Below are positions 40,300 to 53,434 of a DNA stretch of 64,000 nt, piece after piece. The notes under the pieces were generated by a model. That model worked only from the letters and a program-made list of their open reading frames with translations. It made no database searches and was not told the origin of the DNA. The DNA is from Kudoa neothunni (lineage: Eukaryota; Animalia; Cnidaria): positions 4,378,490 through 4,442,489 of the forward strand of contig OZ199840.1 in assembly GCA_964304625.1 (NCBI GenBank), written 5' to 3'. Every line of letters begins with the position of its first letter. The stretch's first letter is position 1. The translations under genes were made by a program, and so were the position numbers.

Positions 40300-41944
40300 T
40301 AAATAAAACAAACACGATATTTCATAACTTTTCTTTAGTCCGAAAAAGTTACGCTATAGCAAGAAATTACGCTATATTGAGACATGCACATACGCAAACA
40401 AAGTTTTAATTTTATTAATAATAATCCGTCAAAATAAATTTCATTTCTAAAGATTATTATCAATTATTAACTTTTTTGGTAACTGTTATTTTAATTAATT
40501 TCAAATTATCCAATTACTAATTACACTTTAAGCACAGTTTAGGAGTCAATTTAGCAAATAACGCTCAATAATTACCACTAATAGTTTAGCGTTTTGATAA
40601 TATAAATTCATAATACTAAAAATACTTATATAGCTTTAATTAGGATAAAACGAAAATGTTAAAATGCTATGAGAATGGAGAAAGTTTCAATATTCTACAC
40701 TCCTGAATAACAACCGTTTATAATGATTTATTGTTAATTTGTTTTCATTATAATTCCATGCGAAAATATAATAAACATTTAAACGAAAGAAATGAATTCA
40801 CGTTCATATCCCTTCATAATGAAATATAGAAACCAGTGTTTAACAGGAGGATTATGTTGTTGACTTCACCATCATATATGCGATTAGAAGAAAAATTTCT
40901 TTATAATTTTGTAAAAAATTTTGATACGCACGAGCTAAGAAGAACATATAAGATTTTATAGTGCCGCTTTCGACGAAAAAATCTTAAAAACGCTAAAAAT
41001 AGGGGAGCCGCACGCTCCGCAATAACCAGATGATAACCTGTTGTTGGATGGCGACATGATTCCATGGAAACAGCTTTATGGCCTTACTGCGTAAATAATA
41101 CGTCTTCGTGGTTTTTATTCAATTATGTTGAATTTTTTAGAAAAATTATTTGTTTTTAGTCTACGTTATTACTTGAAAAATTATGATAATAACTAATCTT
41201 TTTGTGCATAAAACCTAATCTCCTTTTTAAACATTCGACAACTAACATTACATCGTGCGTATTTTGTTCCCATTATCAATATTGTATATTATGACTTGAA
41301 GAAAAAGTTTTAAGTATATTAAATTTTTGTTTTTTTTTCCAAACAATCTTTATTTATGGCAAAGAATTAAAAGATTCAATAAATAGCTAAATATTACAAA
41401 AATCACTCTCCAAGGATATTTTTAATTTATATATTCTTGAAATTACAATGAAAGATATTTCTTATCCTTTTTAGTTAAGTAAACTATAAAAGAATTCTAT
41501 ACGATAATAAAGCGACTTTATTTGATCAATTTATACTTGGACCAAACAGGGGCCCACTGAATCTTTGTGTAATTTTTTGAAAAATCTGATAAAAACATAC
41601 ATAAGATGAACAAATTTTTTTGACTCCTGTAAATATTATTTCATAAAATTTATGATATAATTTACGTAACGTTAATTTTGTGATATAGAATATCTCTATA
41701 ATTTCATAAGCATTTAATAAAATTTTGGACCAACATGGGGTCCACTAAATTTTCTATGGTTAAAAGGATTAAATTAAAAAATTGTAGTTGTGCGATAACA
41801 AGAACATCAACTTTTCCTACTTTTTTACATTTTATATATAATTAAACTATGAGAAAAGGGTTTCCGGTCCCATATATTATTATTTTCATTATCAAACATA
41901 GACTAAAATATAACGACGCATTACGTAAAGTTGAGAGTTTACTG
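40300..41944 (+). mobile_element. pogo/Tigger-type element (decayed left end, clear right end)
   Basis: Left subterminal region similar to 33935-34010; right end GGGTTTCCGGTCCC...TTACGTAAAGTTGAGAGTTTACTG|TA. Confidence 0.6.
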
Positions 41945-44041
41945 TATGTCTGAATATTGGAATCGTAAATAATATTCAGGTGGAATTAGTTTGGACTATA
42001 CTTAATTATTTCTGGCTCACCGCTTCATTCTTCGAGGTTAGAAATAATTAAATATAGCAGATTCTAAATAATAAAACCTGCAAGCATTTTGTAAGTAAAG
42101 GTTGCTGAGGTAAAAAATTTCCATTGCGCAAACATACATACTGTTTAATATTAAATTTTACCGTTCCAATAGCTTCTACCTTAAATATTTTATTCTCCAT
42201 TCATAAACAATTTGTACACGAGCCTATACTATAATTATGTTTGACATAATTCAAGGATTTTATTGTTAAATTTGGACTAATCAAACATATTCAATCGCGA
42301 TCCTTCTACTTAAAAATTCAAAAAAACTAAATTTACTTTGATTTTATATATAAGATGAGATTAGCATATTGCAGCCCATATACGTAGTAGGATCTCGGTA
42401 TTATGTGATTCGATTGAGCGTAATTTGAAACTTTTGGCGATAAAACCATATTTTCTTTATTTGTTTGCTTTTTAATGTAATAATAATCAGACTGATTTCT
42501 AATTCAATTGAATGACTCAAAAGTTTCATTCATGAATTTTGTGAATTACATATGTCTCATAAAATGTTTCTACATTCTATTAAAGTAAAAAATCAAAACT
42601 GATTAAACTAAGAAGAATAACGATATATTAATAAATTTATTTACAATTTACTTTAAAAAAATTGATAATCTATTTAAAATATTACTGTGGAATTAGTTGA
42701 GTTTAAAAATAGATATAAAATTTATAAAATCGACTTATATTTATTAATCCTAAAAAGTTGAACTATTAGGCGGATATTTCCGATTTTCATTTTTCATTTT
42801 TATGTGGATAAATATTCGTCACTGTTTAGATAACAAGAATTCAATCTAGTCAGTCAAGTCATTATTAAAATTTACATTAGTTTACCCCACAAAAATTAAT
42901 AATAAATCACAATAATTTCTTTGGTGATTTGTTATGTCGATAAATTGGAAATTGCTCCATCATTACGAAAGCAGACTACTTTTTCGAATGTAATAGGAAA
43001 AAATTAAGCTAATTTAATTTTAATGAAACGGGTTGAAAATAAAAACACGTTCAAGGTAACTTAATTATTGAAAATTTTAGCCCATTAAATTTTATAGCGC
43101 AAAACTTTACAATTAGTGCCATAAGTGATAAACAAAGAGTCAGCAATAAAAGAAAGAATAATTTTAATAAATTTCACAATGCTAAATGAGTGGATACATA
43201 AAATATAAGTATTGTTCTAGTCGGATTCGGTCAATAACTGTTTTTGATCTATTTCGAATTAATCGATAATTTTACCCTAAAACAACTAACCTGCGAGATA
43301 TTTTTTTACTGACTGTTTATTTTTGAGGAAGAAAACCGATCTACTTTCATCAATACTTGCATAGATATTCTAAATAATTTCAGCTAACATCGTCAATGTT
43401 CACGTCTCATGTTACGTTATTTTTCTTCGCAGTATCAATTTCATAAAAGGCTATTTCGATTTCACGTATCTTGATGCAAATTATCAAAAATTTTTTTAGC
43501 GTTTGATTACTTTTTCCGATAGGATAAAATCCATTTAGTATTTTGCAATAGCTTGCGTGCGCACCAACACATGAAGCGATCTTAGAAATTCTTCTCAGTT
43601 TCCCTCTAATAACTCATAAATATAATAGTAAAGAAAATTTTCGATCATTTATTTTATTTTTTCAACTTTTTATCAAATTAATCTCCGTATAATTAAAAAA
43701 AGTCTAATTTTTTCTAATTATCAAAATTAAAACGGAAATTTGATTTTAAATACTTTAAATAAAAAATTACAATTTATTTGCATTAATAATTATAGGTATC
43801 AAAATAATCTATAATTACATCATATTTATGATTAAAATCAAAAGTATTATTTTATCGTCTTAAAATTTGGAATTAATTTGGATATAAATATTTATGATTA
43901 TTTGATGGAAAAAGTAACTGAATTATTTAATATTTATTTAATCCTTAATTGGTCGAAATTGAATATATTTTGTAATCAGAGGAATTAGAGAATGGTCCTA
44001 ACTTTAACCTAATGATGGCGCGCATGGTGAGTATTTTAGAT

Positions 44042-44469
44042 CAGGGGTCGGTCACCTACGATCCACCATGCATTAATAGCATGAAAATTTTTCATAATAT
44101 CTGAAATACCAAAATTATTTTCAAGTTATTTCTAAATCATTTTTCTAAATGTTAATGTGATTTATAACATAACGTTAATACTATTTCTATAAAATTGTAA
44201 AATATTTTTAAAAAGACAGGTACAACTCATTTTGTTTGAAATCGTCCAATAAATTGTTCTGTCACAAGTTAAGCACGGGTCGATTACATTGGAAGTGAAA
44301 ATTATTAAAATATAATACTATCATTTGACGTACTTTTCTACTTTAAAAGAATCTTATAAATTCTTATATATTTTAATCTGAAATTTGTATGGATTAATTT
44401 TAATACGGGTCGTATCAGAGTTGGGGTATGTCTGTTCGGCCCATCACCCTAAAAGGTTGCCGACCCCTG
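44042..44469. mobile_element. hAT (Charlie-like) MITE
   Basis: TIR CAGGGGTCGG..ACCT and a perfect 8-bp TSD TTTTAGAT. Confidence 0.95.
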
Positions 44470-45502
44470 TTTTAGATGATATACAAAATTCTTCAACATT
44501 TATAAAGCTCATAATCTGTATTTGATTGTATTTAAGTTACATAGAGTATATATTAGTTTAGATAATAATTCAAAGAGAATTTCAGTAAGATTTTAATAAT
44601 TAATATTAAATTCTATTGAAAGATGTGGAAGTTTATGAAGTCGAAAATTTCTATAATGATAATAATTTAGGTCTAATAAAAATTTTTCATATAAAGTAAT
44701 AATGAAAATAAAAGTCGTCATTTTTGAAATAAATTAAAAATTTTAATTTCGATGGTTATTGAATCACAAAAATACAACGATAATGCGTAATTCAACATTT
44801 GTATATATTTTTAATTTATTCGAAAAATAATTTATCTTTCCAACGCATTAATATTCGCGTTTACGAGATTTTACAATTTTTGTTTAAAATATTTAAATAA
44901 TGGAGAATTTAATTATATATCTCAATATAAGTATTCATATCGATCTTAAATCAATTATACTTGTCTTTAATTAATTAAGCGTAAAAAATATATACTTTGA
45001 TCTGAAGGTGTTAAAATATATAATTTTGCGCAAGCACATATCATTGATGATGCGAGAGTTCTTTGTTATTACATTACAACTAAAGTTTGCAAATATTACG
45101 CGATATAAGTAATTCGCGTCATATCTTACGATATAAATTGCGAAGGATTTTACAAATTTTAGGCGGTAATCCTGTTTATGCACATTTAAGAATGATCTTT
45201 GAAATTCAACCAAACCCTTTCATTTCATTTCATTTCAAATTAAATTAATGATAAATAAACTTCCAATGAAACTTTGTATATATGAAAGATTAAAGATTTT
45301 TAATTTATACCGCGCAAGCGTGCGTGAGAAAAAGATTAATTTGAACAATGGAATTATATATCAAATTTCAACAAACTTTTTGCAGTTAATATCTAGGATA
45401 ATAAATATTCTTGACTAAAAATATTATGAATTATTAAAATACTGTATTTGTATCATATTTAGAATTAGAAATGTTGCATGCGCGGATTTTCTGTTTATTC
45501 CC

Positions 45503-46523
45503 ATGAATCTATACTTGACCAGTTTCGAAATCAATTCCATAGCTACAATTGTGCTTTTAAACGTACCAGCCGTTTTGGTGAAAATTGGGAGTGTAGATGG
45601 GGACGAATTAAGTAGAATTAAGGACGCATTTCTTGAGAAAGCTGGTATCAACGATAGATTTCTCTATCAATACATGTCTCTAACTTATAATCACTTGAAA
45701 AATGGAAAATACTACACTCTAGTGACATATATGTTCAATCATGCCAGTATTTCGATGAATATCTATTCGAAACTGTGCAATTATCAGGATCTAACAATTC
45801 TGTGTTAGGTTTTGAACACTTTTTTACGAATATGAGTATGTTTGTGCAAACTTCTTCCTATGTGCTACCTATCTATGGATTTCAGCAATGGATAATCTGC
45901 TATTTGGTTGGTGGCGTGGTTAGTGGTTTGAGCGCCATTCTAGAATTCAACTATAAGAACCAAAGTTTCAACAATTTAATGATACGGCTGAATTGTTGTT
46001 GAAGATTTTTGGAGTTCCAGTGGGGGTGGTGGATTTCTTGAAAAATACAAAATCGAGATTATTCGACAATTTCAACGGGTTTATTCCAATTGTTGGAGCT
46101 AGCGGTGGAGTCTCCGCTCTAACCGCACTTATATGTTGTCATTATTTGTTTCGATGTTTAAAACTTTTTTTTATTTACGGTAGAAATCCACTGAAAAGAA
46201 GTGATTGTTTGTAGATGTTTATGGTTTATTGGGCATGTGTTTTAGAGAAAACCACTCCTGATGTTGGTGATGATCCCCCTCGTCGTGGATTATTTGTAGG
46301 ATGGAACCTTTCGTATTACATGAATGGAGCTTTCACAATATTTAATACATTGAACTTTCTGAGAATCACCGTCCAAGGGTTGTTCACCGATCTCAAATAT
46401 GAACCCTCATTTTTTAAGGGGATCAACTATTTCCACACCCTCAAAGTGTCAAATAGTGCTCACTTTGGTGGTCTTTTATTTGGATTTTTCTACTACCTTA
46501 TCGCCAAGCCTAAATACATTTGA
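45503..46523 (+). CDS. Rhomboid intramembrane serine protease (PARL-like?), catalytic dyad intact; 5' end uncertain
   Basis: YTLVTYMFNHA|SFEHFFTNM, YLVGGVVSG, IVGASGG, SNSAHFGGLLFG. Frame breaks are resolved by GT-AG introns of 56-66 nt. Confidence 0.88.
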
Positions 46524-47949
46524 CTATTTCATTATGTTATCAAATTTTTTATTTTGTATACACTCACTTAGATAAATGCCTATTTTTATTAATATTGAGA
46601 CTTGGTTTGTTTTACTTAAACTAATTAAAACGTTTCATTTTACGCTTAAATTCGGAGTTTTTTGATGATTAAAAAATTGTCGACATTTCTATGGATGTTT
46701 CAGGTTTTGGTATCTCCCCCTTATTTCTATAACAATTGTGGGGGAGGATTAAGGCACTGTCTATTGACACGGAAGTTTTTAATCCAACATCGCAACTACG
46801 CAAGCGCAATACTCAATTTTAACCCCAGAAACTCCTATTTATAGTTTACCTATAAAGTTTATTTTTCTAGAATATGCTATATATAATTATTTTTGGCCCC
46901 TAGAAATGGCAGAGAAGGGCCAAAAATAATTAAATGCAGTCAAAACTATACCTACCTGGACATTATGACCGCGCCAATAGCCACTTCCGAGGATTAATTG
47001 GGAATCCGTAGAAACAAATAATGTAAAATTTACAAATTAAATTCAACCGATTATATTTAATTAAAAATTATAATTAATTATAACGTATCAAACTTTTCTA
47101 AGTTAAGTTTGCTCGATTAAACCATGGCATGGGAGTATGTTTGTCCAGCGCACGCGCAACACATCATTTGATGACTCCAATAGTTATTTTTCCCGCCTAA
47201 TTCAGCGCTTCCCAATTAAAACTGGACTGGCACCCCCCATTTTTAGACAAAACGAAATTCGCACCCCTTTGCATACGATAAGGTGTAACTGACTTAAAAT
47301 TGATCAAAAATTATTTTCAATTTTGATCGGATCTCGCTCCACCTGAGACCAATGTTCACACCCCCCCAGTTGGGAACCCCTGACCTAGATATTATTACAA
47401 GTTAAGCTAATTTATATTTATTAAATTTCAAAAAATAAATGAAAAATTAAAAAGTCGCTATAACGTATTTTCACGTAAATTTTACCGTTTCATTAAAATA
47501 TCTCACTAGAGTCTGAATTTCCTGTGTTTGTGTCTTAAATGCTATAAATTTCACCCTAAATCGCAAAGAATTATCCAATTCACGCTCTCCAATCTGGTTG
47601 GAATAAGTCTGACTAGATTATTGGTATTTATTTAGAAACTAACGATACTCAGGCTAATATTGATTTAGAAATTCACCATAAAATAACTAATATAGACATA
47701 AAACTAGAGCATGCAATTTTCGACGCATATTTTTTTGCAAATCGTCGGGTTTTATCGAAAAAAAATAAAAATTTTTGTAATTCGACTTTTAAATTTTTTT
47801 ATGTTAGAAAACAATTCATAATTTCAAAAAAATAAATTGTAGAATTCAAATTTTAATTATAATGGAACATTAAAATCGATTATGTAGAGAATTTTTAGGT
47901 CCCCACCGCAATAATTGATCATTTCTTTTCCAAATATATTTTGCCATCA

Positions 47950-48770
47950 TGAGGAACTCCTTTCGGCATCAATGAAGGAAGCTGGTAACATCAATATATC
48001 TTGACAAGGTCTCGAAAGAATTGGACAAGCATTCCACACTTTATTTTAGGAATCAATTTTTGAGGGTCGAGTTGAATCTTTTATCGTTTTACATAACATG
48101 TAGTACTTATTATTAATCCCTATCTTCGCTTTGCCATCTAAATCTAAAAAATAATAAAGTTAATCAATATTTAATTTATCAATAGTAATTGGAGTGTATG
48201 GATCAATATATTTCATAGTTTGAAAAATTTAAAGAAAAGGAAAGGTTTCCTTAAATTTAAGAGTATTGGTTGATTAATTTATTCATTTGCGGCAAAACAC
48301 AAATTTTCTCTCTTAAATATTGAATTGTTTCAAGATTCAAATGGAGCAAAGCCAATAATATCTTTATGATTTTTGATCAAATTATCTCCTTTAATATAAA
48401 GTCATCGTTTATCTAATCCAAAATCCGTGATGTAAAATTCTCGCTTGTTTCTATTAATTTTGAGAGATCATAAAACACAGTAAAAGCATCAATTAAAAAT
48501 TTTGATGATAACTTAAGCATATTAAGTCTATCAGATTGCAGTTTCAAAAATTCGTTAAGTCCTTTGCAATAGTTACGGACCGGTGAATCCTCCCTCACTG
48601 GTTTCGAAATCGTTCCATTCTACCAAGTAATTAGTCAATTCACGTCGTTTTTTCCCATTTTCAAACGTTCCTTTCCGACGAAAGCCAATTTTTTCGATGA
48701 ATAAAAAATATAAACCGGTCATTTTCATCCAATTCGACGGTCTAAATCGATCAAAATCTATTTTAATCAA
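47950..48770 (-). pseudogene. hAT transposase remnant
   Basis: WNACPILSRPCQDILMLPASFIDAERSSS matches the hAT C-terminal dimerisation motif. Confidence 0.6.
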
Positions 48771-48800
48771 AAATTACATACCCTACATATAACTCATTAA

Positions 48801-49110
48801 CCCTCGTGGGACCAACTGGGGTCATTGTGACCTCAATTTGGATAGTTTAACTTTTTTCGCATATTGAATTACATGAGAGGGTTAAAAAATTATGGAATCC
48901 TTAATTATAGTCTGTAATTGATAATTATAAGGTTATGAAGAAAAATTGTGTGTATACGGATTTAAATATTTTACTTTAATAAGCGATGTGCTCGCTGCTT
49001 CATTTAATGTAGTTGTTACGAATTGATATAAAAATAATAAATATTATAAAGAAAAATAATGACATTAATTTTGATTCAAAATGTTATAGCATTATTAGAA
49101 AACGTTCAAT
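48801..49110 (+). mobile_element. Solo left end of a piggyBac-type element
   Basis: TTAA|CCCTCGTGGGACCAACTG; about 310 bp colinear with 53435-53740. Confidence 0.85.
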
Positions 49111-49360
49111 AAATTATTTATTCACAGGTTTAGCACGAGTTGATTACACTACACTGCAAGTGAAAATTATTTGATTATGATATTCTTGATTCAGCGTAAT
49201 TTTATAGTTTAAACAACTTTTATAAATTCTTATTTATAAAAATAAATTCTAAATTTGAATTAAGAATAATTTAAAATTTTAGTAGATTAATTTAATACGG
49301 CCGCATTAGGGTTAGGGTATGTCTGTTCAGCCCGTCATTCAAAAAGGTTGCCGACTGCTG
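49110..49360 (+). mobile_element. Right half of the hAT MITE family seen at 44042-44469
   Basis: Colinear with about 44250-44469, ending AAAAGGTTGCCGACTGCTG. Confidence 0.85.
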
Positions 49361-49863
49361 ACCTATACTATTTGTAATATAACGCAACCACATATCTATG
49401 ATTTTCAATATATTTATACATTAACCTAAATTTTAATCCGTTGATAAAAATATAACATAATGATTTCGTAATTGACCTGCTTAGAGTTTAAAGGCAAACT
49501 GATTTATCTCATTGAGTAAAAATTTTATTACCGGTTCGTTAATTATTGTATTAATTTAATAATTTACTAAAAATAATACTTTATTATATATTTTCTATCA
49601 TTATAATAGTCATTGACTCATTATTCATCCATATATAAAATAATTTAGAATTGCATAATAAATATAATTTTTCAGCATCAGATTAAACAAAGAATTAGTA
49701 ATTTTTTCATTTTTGTTTATTTAGCTGTCAATACCACTTTCTGTATTGAATTTATGAATTTGGCGAATTCCAAGTTACTTACATTCATATTTATTGATGG
49801 TTATAATCATATTAAATTAATCCGTATTGAATTGATGTATTTAATAAGACCTAAAAAATAAGA

Positions 49864-52127
49864 ATGCAGATGATTGCTTTGCTGTTGTTTACATTTTGCT
49901 GTTGCAGTAAATTTTAAAATTTGTTGCATTTAGGTTATATTAATTTAGTTCAGTCACATAAATATTATGTTGAGCGTGACCAAGAAAATTCAGAGGATCT
50001 AATCCATCTAAAACTTGAGGGGGTCTCAGGACAAAAATGTGAAGTGAAGCTACTGGACAAAAATGAACATTTCTATCATTATGTGCATAGCGGATCTGAT
50101 GAGATGAATACTCACATTATTCCTTGCAATGGAAGATACATCATTTCAACTGAAACCGCTGGTCCTATCTATTATGTGCAAATAAAATCAAAATCTGAAA
50201 TTGAAACTCTTAAAGTGGTTCATAGTAAGTCACTTTTGAGATTTCAGATTTAATCTTTCTGTAGCTACGGATAAAACACCTGAAACCCCATTTAAAATTA
50301 ATACAACTTCAATTGAATTCACAACAAAAAATATTTGCAGTCACCCTCAAACATGTAAATTAACTAGTGGAGATAAAATACTTGATAAATTCATTCCAAA
50401 AAATGACACTGAATGTAACGCTGAAAATAAACTCACTGGGTTCTTCGACTCCATGAGTGGTGACTCAATCAAACTCTCTTGTGGAAGTAACCAACCAAAT
50501 ATTCACTTATTTAAACGAAACAACAAAATTATGGAATTTAATCCCTTGGAAAAATATCCCTATCATATCGAAAAAATTACTGGTGACAATACAAAAATAA
50601 AAATAGTTTTTGATGAAGATATTCCGGATAAAATTTGCAAATTTGAAATCAGAAAAAAAGGCAGTGGAAACCATGCGTCAACTTGTTCTGTTTTAGGGAG
50701 TGGAGATTGTTACCAATTATGCAGAGAAGTCACAATGAGTTTTACCTTTGTTGAACAAACAGACAAGGACTTTGACGTTAAGGTGTCATTTAGGAATTAC
50801 GCGGCGGTAGAAAAAACGTTAAGAAGTAATTACTTATTTGATGTAATACAAATTTAAATCAAATTAGTTGGAAAAGGTAAACTTACAATCAAACCAACTG
50901 AAAACACTGCAGTTATCTCTGTTGGAGAATTAAAAGAGGGTTTAACTACTCCAACATGCACAATTGAGTTGAGGAAGCAGGATTACCCTAATTTGCTTAT
51001 TGATACAATGTGCGATGCAGCATTAAAAACACCCTGCCCAACAAATTGCCCCGATACCGCAACCATTCATGGACTAGAACCTAATACAAAATATATTGTT
51101 AAAGTATTGTATGAAAATACTGGGAAAACCGAATCTTTTATTGCAGAAACCCTTTTTTCCACAGGTGCTTCATAGAATAAATAATTCCTATAAACATAAT
51201 TTAGTTAGTTATAATATGACTAAAACTCCTAAGATTAAATCTTATTACGAACACACCAAGATAACTATAGCACCAAATGTGACTCAATTTGATGGAGTTT
51301 ATTGTAAAATTCTACAAAAACTGAGTGGCCAAAATGAATTCATTTCATCCGAATGTGAGGAATCTGTTGACTGTTATGGTTTATGTGGATCGACAATGAC
51401 GATCAAAAATCTTTTATCTGATACCGAATACCAACTCAAATACCTTTTTGATAAGTATATTGGTGACCTTCCCACAAACGTGGTTACTGTTAAAACAAGT
51501 AAAAATTATTAATTAAATATGAATAACGTTGATAAAGGTGCTAAACTTGAAAAACTAAATGTAACATACACGTGGAAAGATGCTGATTTAATTGTGACAA
51601 CAGGTTTGGAATCTTTAGAAGAGCATATATGTGACTTTATATTTGTGGACCCAATGGGTGGAGATTTACAATTCCTATATGGTGTATATGATAAAACAAC
51701 TGACTGGGAAGAGAAATGCAACAAAGAGATCACATTTTACAACGCTCAATCCTATAAACAGGGATCAATGATAGTTAAAGCAAGATATTTTAGCGAGCCA
51801 GTCATAATTGACCTTTCAGCACCAATATCTGATCCACAAAATGTGGTTGTTACATCAGGATCTCATGAGCATGGTAAATTATATTGATTATGACTAACAC
51901 AATTCATTAATGATTATTTTAGGGACCTCTGATGGGTAAGTTGGTATTAAATTCATTAATTTCTTAATGCATTAACTTTATTTAGTGCTTCTACCGGTGG
52001 AACAAAAGTTATGTAATTTCGATTGTTTAATGATTGAATTCAAATATTATTTAGGCTGATTGTTGGTGGAATCATTATAGCTTTGTTGATATGTGCTATT
52101 GGTTTCATAGTATTCAAGAAAAAATAG
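49864..52127 (+). CDS. Type-I surface protein B (about 639 aa, 9 exons), paralogue of protein A
   Basis: Exons 49864-49906, 49949-50224, 50265-50825, 50868-51164, 51205-51498, 51538-51873, 51923-51935, 51986-52012, 52055-52127 give one open frame. It has GLEPNTKYIVKV, a TGDN.K..I.F......IC.F.I block shared with A, and a TM followed by FKKK*. Confidence 0.88.
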
Positions 52128-53060
52128 ATCATACTCGAATTATTATAATTGAAATTTTTAATGCATTCTCAGACAAACTAATTTTTAGACTAGATTATTG
52201 TTTTATTAGATTCATTATTTTTTAGCACGATCATTTTAAATAATTTATTACCCCGATTAATTTTATTAGTTAACTAACGGCATATTTAGAAGCCAATAAA
52301 TTTTTGAAAATTGCTGAACACCTTTTGCTTCTGACTCATAAATCATTTGATTTTTCTCGATTCAACCTCAAAAAATTCAGTTATTTTATTTTTAATTTTA
52401 AAATTAATTATCTAAAATTAAAAATATATAGTTATTTTTTACTTTATTAGTTCAAACATTACAATTGATATTTCTTAATTTATTAGTTAATATAACAAAT
52501 CTTTATTTTTTACATAAAATTTTATTTTTCATTAATGACAGTATTAATATAATTTCTTTTAAAACTTATGTTACGTTTAAAGATGAAATTAATAAGAGAA
52601 TAGATAAAACGACGTATGTGAATAATCTAAATCACCTTGAATAATCGTTATCAATCATACAGAGGTGACGATCAGCATATATTGCAACTTACATATATTC
52701 TTGAAACATTAGCAAAATAAATAGAAAAAATATATTATTTAATGAGATGTTTCATAAAAAGAAGTATAGAACGTAATATTTAACCAATAAAAGACTTTTA
52801 TGTGAAATAATTGTAAATATTTTTATTCTTGATATATATACGAAAATTACTTTTGATTTTTAGTCAAAATTTTGTTAATAATATATATTTGTTGTTCAAA
52901 CAATTTTTAACAATTTAAAACTTAAAAAAATATTGTTATTAAAAATATTATTTATGAATATAAATGTATTTATTTTCTCGTATGTCTTGTATTTTCATAA
53001 GCCTAACTATGAATATTTTGAAATATAAAATTTTTTATCAACTGTTAAATTTAAAATGTA

Positions 53061-53090
53061 ACTAGCCTCCTCAAACCCCAGCGACACACG
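53061..53090 (-). mobile_element. Possible Helitron 3' end
   Basis: GC-rich patch ending CTAG|T on the minus strand. A similar end lies at 33261-33277 (+), and TCTA..TATA-type starts occur near 12560, 26623 and 28552. Confidence 0.35.
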
Positions 53091-53434
53091 AAAATAACAT
53101 TAAAATTAATTCTTATTATAAGCGAGCATGTGCATATATTAAATGTTCCCTCTTAAGCATATGAAAATCGATTAGTTGTTAGTTCAGTGAAATTTTAAAA
53201 CAAATATAATTCTAATATGATTGTATGAGAAATTTTTAAATCATGTTTGAAAAAATTTAATCTGAATCTTTTATTTTTACACCAAGTTTTTCTAAAGAAC
53301 GAAAAATCCTTGCACCAAGAATACCGAAATCTTCCATTATGATTAACATAATTTCTGTGTAAAACATCACGGTTTTCATAGAAATGTTGAAAAGTAGAAA
53401 TGGTATGAAAAAATAAATTTAACTTGATCGTTAA

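Noticed and set aside
46180-46245. In-frame TAG readthrough in the rhomboid
   Set aside because: A 66-nt GT-AG intron removes it (Y|EKTT). The earlier frame change is explained by a 56-nt intron.
48801-48881. 81-bp TTAA-flanked mini-element (CCCTC...GAGGG)
   Set aside because: Homology to 53435 continues about 230 bp beyond it and that copy lacks the second TTAA, so it is part of a longer left end.
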